A program made the translations under genes and the position numbers. Of a DNA stretch of 64,000 nucleotides, positions 60,342-64,000 are shown one piece after another; position 1 is the first letter of the stretch, and each line of letters opens with the position of its first letter. Under the pieces are notes generated by a model that was not told the DNA's origin, made no database searches, and was given only the letters and a program-made list of their open reading frames with translations. Location of the stretch: the IMG/VR virus record IMGVR_UViG_3300010391_001807; one strand, written 5' to 3'. Source of the stretch: an uncultured virus (IMG/VR IMGVR_UViG_3300010391_001807). Taxonomy: Duplodnaviria > Heunggongvirae > Uroviricota > Caudoviricetes.

Positions 60342-63300
60342 TTATAAAGGGTTTATAGTAATATTGGTTATAACTGGCTCCGCAACAGGAGCAATAAAGT
60401 TATAATCATTATATGTTGGGCTCCAAATATCTGACCATCCATACATTAATGGAGATAATGTGATCCACACTCGCATAGGATATGTCTCTCCACCAGGAGT
60501 AGACCCTCCAACTGGGCTAGGGCGAATTCCACCGTGTAAATTATTAAAATCTAGAATGTTAAAATTAATAGTATTTAATGTATTATATGTAGATGTAGTA
60601 GATGTTTTATTAGCTCTAAAAATTTCCACTGTCGAACCATCATAATCTAATAAATCAATTACTACTCTAATTCTAGGCTGCAATGTTTGATATTGTTCAT
60701 AGAATAAAATAGATCCCCCGTAAAGATTTTGATAATATAAATCAAAAGGTGTAATAACTGGTGTAAATCCACGATTATTAAATGTAAATCTAAATTTAAC
60801 ACCAGTTGTAAAATCAAAGTTTTTACCTATAAAATATGATCTCTGTCTAAATTTATCAAAACTAGTATTGGTAGAAGTCATAGACATATGTAAATATGGA
60901 AAATAACTGTCATCTTCTGCCGAATCCCATGTCCAATAAGTAGAGCCACTACTTGGCATATTATTCATAGATTGAGCAACAGTCATTAAATCACTATATG
61001 GACAATAAACTTCAGAAATACTATCAGATGTATTGCCATAAGTAAATAGTCTAGGCTGTCTTGAACCAGCACTAATATTAGTAATATCCCGAGAAATATA
61101 TCCTCCCCATTGATCATTATCATTAATAATAACTTGAGATGGTTCACTTTTATTTCCAGGTTGAGCATTGCCTAAATAACCATCTTCTAATAACATGGGG
61201 TCTAATAATGAACTATTTACTATATCCATACCCCAAATTAATAATTGATCACTTTCTGGATTAGTAACTGAATTTAATTTACCCCATAACGCATTGCGAG
61301 GCAAATTTATCCCTACGCTAAATTGTCCAGAAGATGTATAATATCCTGCTATTTTAACTGGAGATGAATATACTAAATTAGTATCTAAATTAGATTCAAA
61401 ACCTCTACCTAAATGAGCATATTTTTGATTTAATGTAAGCCCTGTCATCTCTTCAGGTGGCATCCCCCAAGTCCATATTTGATTTCCTACAACCATAGAC
61501 ATATGATACCCAGCCCCAATACTAGCAACACTATCACTAATCGGCACTTGCTGGAACGTTAAATATTCAATAGCCCCTCCTATACCTAATTCTCCATGAT
61601 TATTATCTCCGATACTCCAAAGCTCCCCATTATCCTTAACGGCTAAAATATGATGTGTCCCTCCAGAAATATCAATAAATGAATGAACACCAGATGCTAA
61701 AGTGGCAGGAGAAAATGATACAGTAGCATGCGACTGAAAATCACCAGCAACATAAACTTCTCCATTTTGTTTTAACCCAGCAATATATAAATCGCCACCA
61801 GTCACTTTAACAAATGAATGTCCAGTAAATTCAGATTCTGCGATTAATGAATTTTGCGCCGCCAAACGACCAAATTTCTGACCGCAATAATGAATAGAAC
61901 CATTATAAGCACGGGCGATTAACATAGAGTTGGTAGCTTGAATTTGTGAATAAGATGTGCTTCCAGTAATGCTTACAGGAGTAGAATGATATTCCGTAGC
62001 TGTTCCCAAAACTCCACGGGTATTATTATATCCCCATGTCCAAATACTACCTGCAGAATTAACACCAGCAGCATATTGATAATGAGCAGATATTTGACTA
62101 AATGATAAATTACCAGCAACTATTACTGGAGATGTGATAGATTGATTTAAATAACTACCCTCTCCTAAATAACGCCCCATACCCCATCCATAAACTTGAC
62201 CATTACTATTTCTAATAAAATTACAAAAACGTGTCATGTATATATTGTCGCCATAAAAAGATTGGCTAGTAATACCATCATTATATATGCCACTAGCTGG
62301 TGCCATAGCATTCTTTAACCTTTGTGTTTTATTAATAATTTTATTATTAGTGTTGTACCAATATTCAGTAGTATCAGGATTATATACTGTAATAACCCCA
62401 CCCAATATCTTCAATCCAAAACCGATCCCACCGGCTTCAGGAACAACTGTAATTGTTCCTGTTAATGCTGCCCTGCCCAAAGCATGAACGTCTATTTCTC
62501 CCATCAATGCTCTGATTCCATAATGAATTATGGCTCCAGGATCTATCTCAACTACTATTTCTCCATCTAATAAAGATCTTCGATAACCCAAAACCGAAAG
62601 TTTGCCTTCTATGTCCTTTGTCTTAGCCTCAATGAGATAAACATTCAAATAACCCGTGCCGTCTACATATGCAGGAGACTGCTGTTTATTAATGGTGAAA
62701 ACACCTTTATAAATGGGCAGCCCGCCCAAACTATCTACATATGATGCCTGTTGACTATATAAATCAATGGAACCAGGAAAAATGACATCAAAATATACCG
62801 CAGTAGTACTAGGAATGAGCTTACTTGCAATAATTTGTAAATAGACCTCTCTACTTTGATTCCCCACTCCATCATACCATTGCTGAATGTCAGCGGCAGT
62901 CAAATTATAGGTGTCGCCAATGGCATAAGGCACTGTACTACACACTGCCATACCATCATAATTAGGCTTTAAACGCCTAAATTGACTATCATCAAAGAAT
63001 AATACACTAAACTGCGTTGCAGAATAAGGCCGAGTATCACGATAAACAGCATCTGTTGATGATGCCGATACCGACGCCATCATAATCCCATTATCCATGG
63101 ACAATGGACTAAAACTCATGGTAAATTGAGCAATCAATGGATATATTCTAGAAGAATCATTTAACCATACTTCGGGAATGGTTAATGAGATGGTCCATTG
63201 GCCCCTACCTAAATCATCTATGTTAATAGTAGGAAGTAAGCCACTGCCACCTATCTCATCGACCACATTATGAATGATAAGGCTAGCGATGCCTATCTCA

Positions 63301-63614
63301 TCCTGTTTAACCGCAATCAAACTGTCCGACTCTTTCACTAAGGCGATATCATTATCAAACTGAAATGTAAAATTAAATTCATTTTTATTATTATCTATGA
63401 TTATTATTTTTGTATCTATTAATTGATTGCCAAATTCATTAATTATATTAACATTGTCATAGATATTAACAAATTTAATGCTGTTACCAGTAATAATGTC
63501 TTGGAAATTACTTCTTCCATCTGGGAACATGATAAAATAGTTCAGTCTGTCAGACAAAACCTGATACATTGCAGATTGGGGTTCGTGAATCACATTATAT
63601 AGACGGTCTGGCAT
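60342..63614 (-). CDS. Putative tail fibre/receptor-binding protein with an RCC1-like propeller
   Basis: G.VYGWG, GSIWTWGYN..G.LG, SF..ISGG..H.LA.K.NGE.W.IG.N..GELG repeats. Confidence 0.75.
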   Translation of the reverse strand: MPDRLYNVIHEPQSAMYQVLSDRLNYFIMFPDGRSNFQDIITGNSIKFVNIYDNVNIINEFGNQLIDTKIIIIDNNKNEFNFTFQFDNDIALVKESDSLIAVKQDEIGIASLIIHNVVDEIGGSGLLPTINIDDLGRGQWTISLTIPEVWLNDSSRIYPLIAQFTMSFSPLSMDNGIMMASVSASSTDAVYRDTRPYSATQFSVLFFDDSQFRRLKPNYDGMAVCSTVPYAIGDTYNLTAADIQQWYDGVGNQSREVYLQIIASKLIPSTTAVYFDVIFPGSIDLYSQQASYVDSLGGLPIYKGVFTINKQQSPAYVDGTGYLNVYLIEAKTKDIEGKLSVLGYRRSLLDGEIVVEIDPGAIIHYGIRALMGEIDVHALGRAALTGTITVVPEAGGIGFGLKILGGVITVYNPDTTEYWYNTNNKIINKTQRLKNAMAPASGIYNDGITSQSFYGDNIYMTRFCNFIRNSNGQVYGWGMGRYLGEGSYLNQSITSPVIVAGNLSFSQISAHYQYAAGVNSAGSIWTWGYNNTRGVLGTATEYHSTPVSITGSTSYSQIQATNSMLIARAYNGSIHYCGQKFGRLAAQNSLIAESEFTGHSFVKVTGGDLYIAGLKQNGEVYVAGDFQSHATVSFSPATLASGVHSFIDISGGTHHILAVKDNGELWSIGDNNHGELGIGGAIEYLTFQQVPISDSVASIGAGYHMSMVVGNQIWTWGMPPEEMTGLTLNQKYAHLGRGFESNLDTNLVYSSPVKIAGYYTSSGQFSVGINLPRNALWGKLNSVTNPESDQLLIWGMDIVNSSLLDPMLLEDGYLGNAQPGNKSEPSQVIINDNDQWGGYISRDITNISAGSRQPRLFTYGNTSDSISEVYCPYSDLMTVAQSMNNMPSSGSTYWTWDSAEDDSYFPYLHMSMTSTNTSFDKFRQRSYFIGKNFDFTTGVKFRFTFNNRGFTPVITPFDLYYQNLYGGSILFYEQYQTLQPRIRVVIDLLDYDGSTVEIFRANKTSTTSTYNTLNTINFNILDFNNLHGGIRPSPVGGSTPGGETYPMRVWITLSPLMYGWSDIWSPTYNDYNFIAPVAEPVITNITINPL

Positions 63615-63627
63615 TTCTTAACCTCAT

Positions 63628-64000
63628 CTAACTTGATATTAACCAATTGTTATTGCTTAGTACATACACGCCCGTGGGCGAACTTAACCTTCCCAAGCCC
63701 CATTCAGTAATTACATCTTGGGTAGTATCAATTTCAAAAACTCTACTATTCAAACTACTATTCGTTTCATCGTTTTCTACTACGATTATATTGCCACTGA
63801 CTAGAGGGAATGCATGCACGGGCGTAAACTTAGGTGTATAACTAAGCAAAACAGCCTGGGTCAAAGGCACAATCTGCATAACCTTCTTCATCTCTGGACT
63901 GGCACAAATCAGAGTATCATCAGCCTGTAAAACGGCATTGCCGCCTCTTGGATAATCAAATGAGACCAAAGTATTCAAGAGACTCCACGCCACGCTTTCA
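63628..64000 (-). CDS. C-terminal part of an NHL/beta-propeller protein, 5'-truncated by the window edge
   Basis: Frame is open past 63993 to the window end (ESVAW...); P..A..L..GN.(I/L)(V/I) blades, SRVFEID...EWG. Confidence 0.65.
   Translation of the reverse strand, partial: ESVAWSLLNTLVSFDYPRGGNAVLQADDTLICASPEMKKVMQIVPLTQAVLLSYTPKFTPVHAFPLVSGNIIVVENDETNSSLNSRVFEIDTTQDVITEWGLGRLSSPTGVYVLSNNNWLISS

Noticed and set aside
47921..63614. Diversity-generating retroelement targeting the tail proteins
   Set aside because: No reverse transcriptase, and no near-identical repeat pair with adenine-specific mismatches was found in this window.
429..63841. Numerous 60-140 aa ORFs in the track that overlap larger genes (e.g. 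9321-9605, 18422-18742, 19670-20101, 23194-23532, 17227-17562)
   Set aside because: They are antisense or alternate-frame shadows of well-supported genes, with no SD or recognisable motifs.
1..64000. Alternative genetic code (stop-codon reassignment), known in some large phages
   Set aside because: Code 11 gives dense, full-length ORFs up to 4098 aa. TAG and TGA stops fall at natural gene ends next to terminators or the next start.
1..64000. CRISPR array, tRNA or rRNA genes
   Set aside because: Intergenic spaces are short. I saw no regularly spaced repeats, cloverleaf or T-loop signatures; a covariance search would be needed to exclude small ncRNAs.

Overview
This is a gene-dense, AT-leaning 64-kb segment that reads as part of a large (jumbo/huge) tailed bacteriophage genome rather than a bacterial chromosome. 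Isolated host-like genes are interleaved with virion-type genes, with no ribosomal or metabolic operons. From left to right it holds: a partial GT4 glycosyltransferase and an FkbM methyltransferase; a PIN-PhoH protein split by a 424-aa LAGLIDADG intein; a J-domain protein; two plus-strand putative virion proteins; a CCA-adding/HD enzyme with a Zn-ribbon insert; four tandem paralogous tail-tube-like genes; DUF151 nuclease and RNase HII; a single high-GC foreign gene; DnaK; a UvsW-like helicase; a holin-like protein; a subtilisin / trypsin-like protease / peptide deformylase / DnaJ operon; an 11.4-kb glycosyltransferase/methyltransferase cluster containing an internally deleted sulfotransferase; and about 25 kb of giant tail/adhesin genes (vWA, Asp-box propellers, a 4098-aa protein, an RCC1 protein). 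Structure I read directly from the sequence: (1) a fixed-spacing AGG-N19-(G/T)AA(T) promoter-like motif in ten intergenic positions; (2) poly-tyrosine loops in three structural proteins that lie directly upstream of the glycan-modification cluster; (3) a domain split across the 1597-aa/1033-aa gene junction; (4) circularly permuted Mu-gpF motifs. All functional calls come from recognising motifs by eye. No database searches were run, and base-composition statements are visual estimates.
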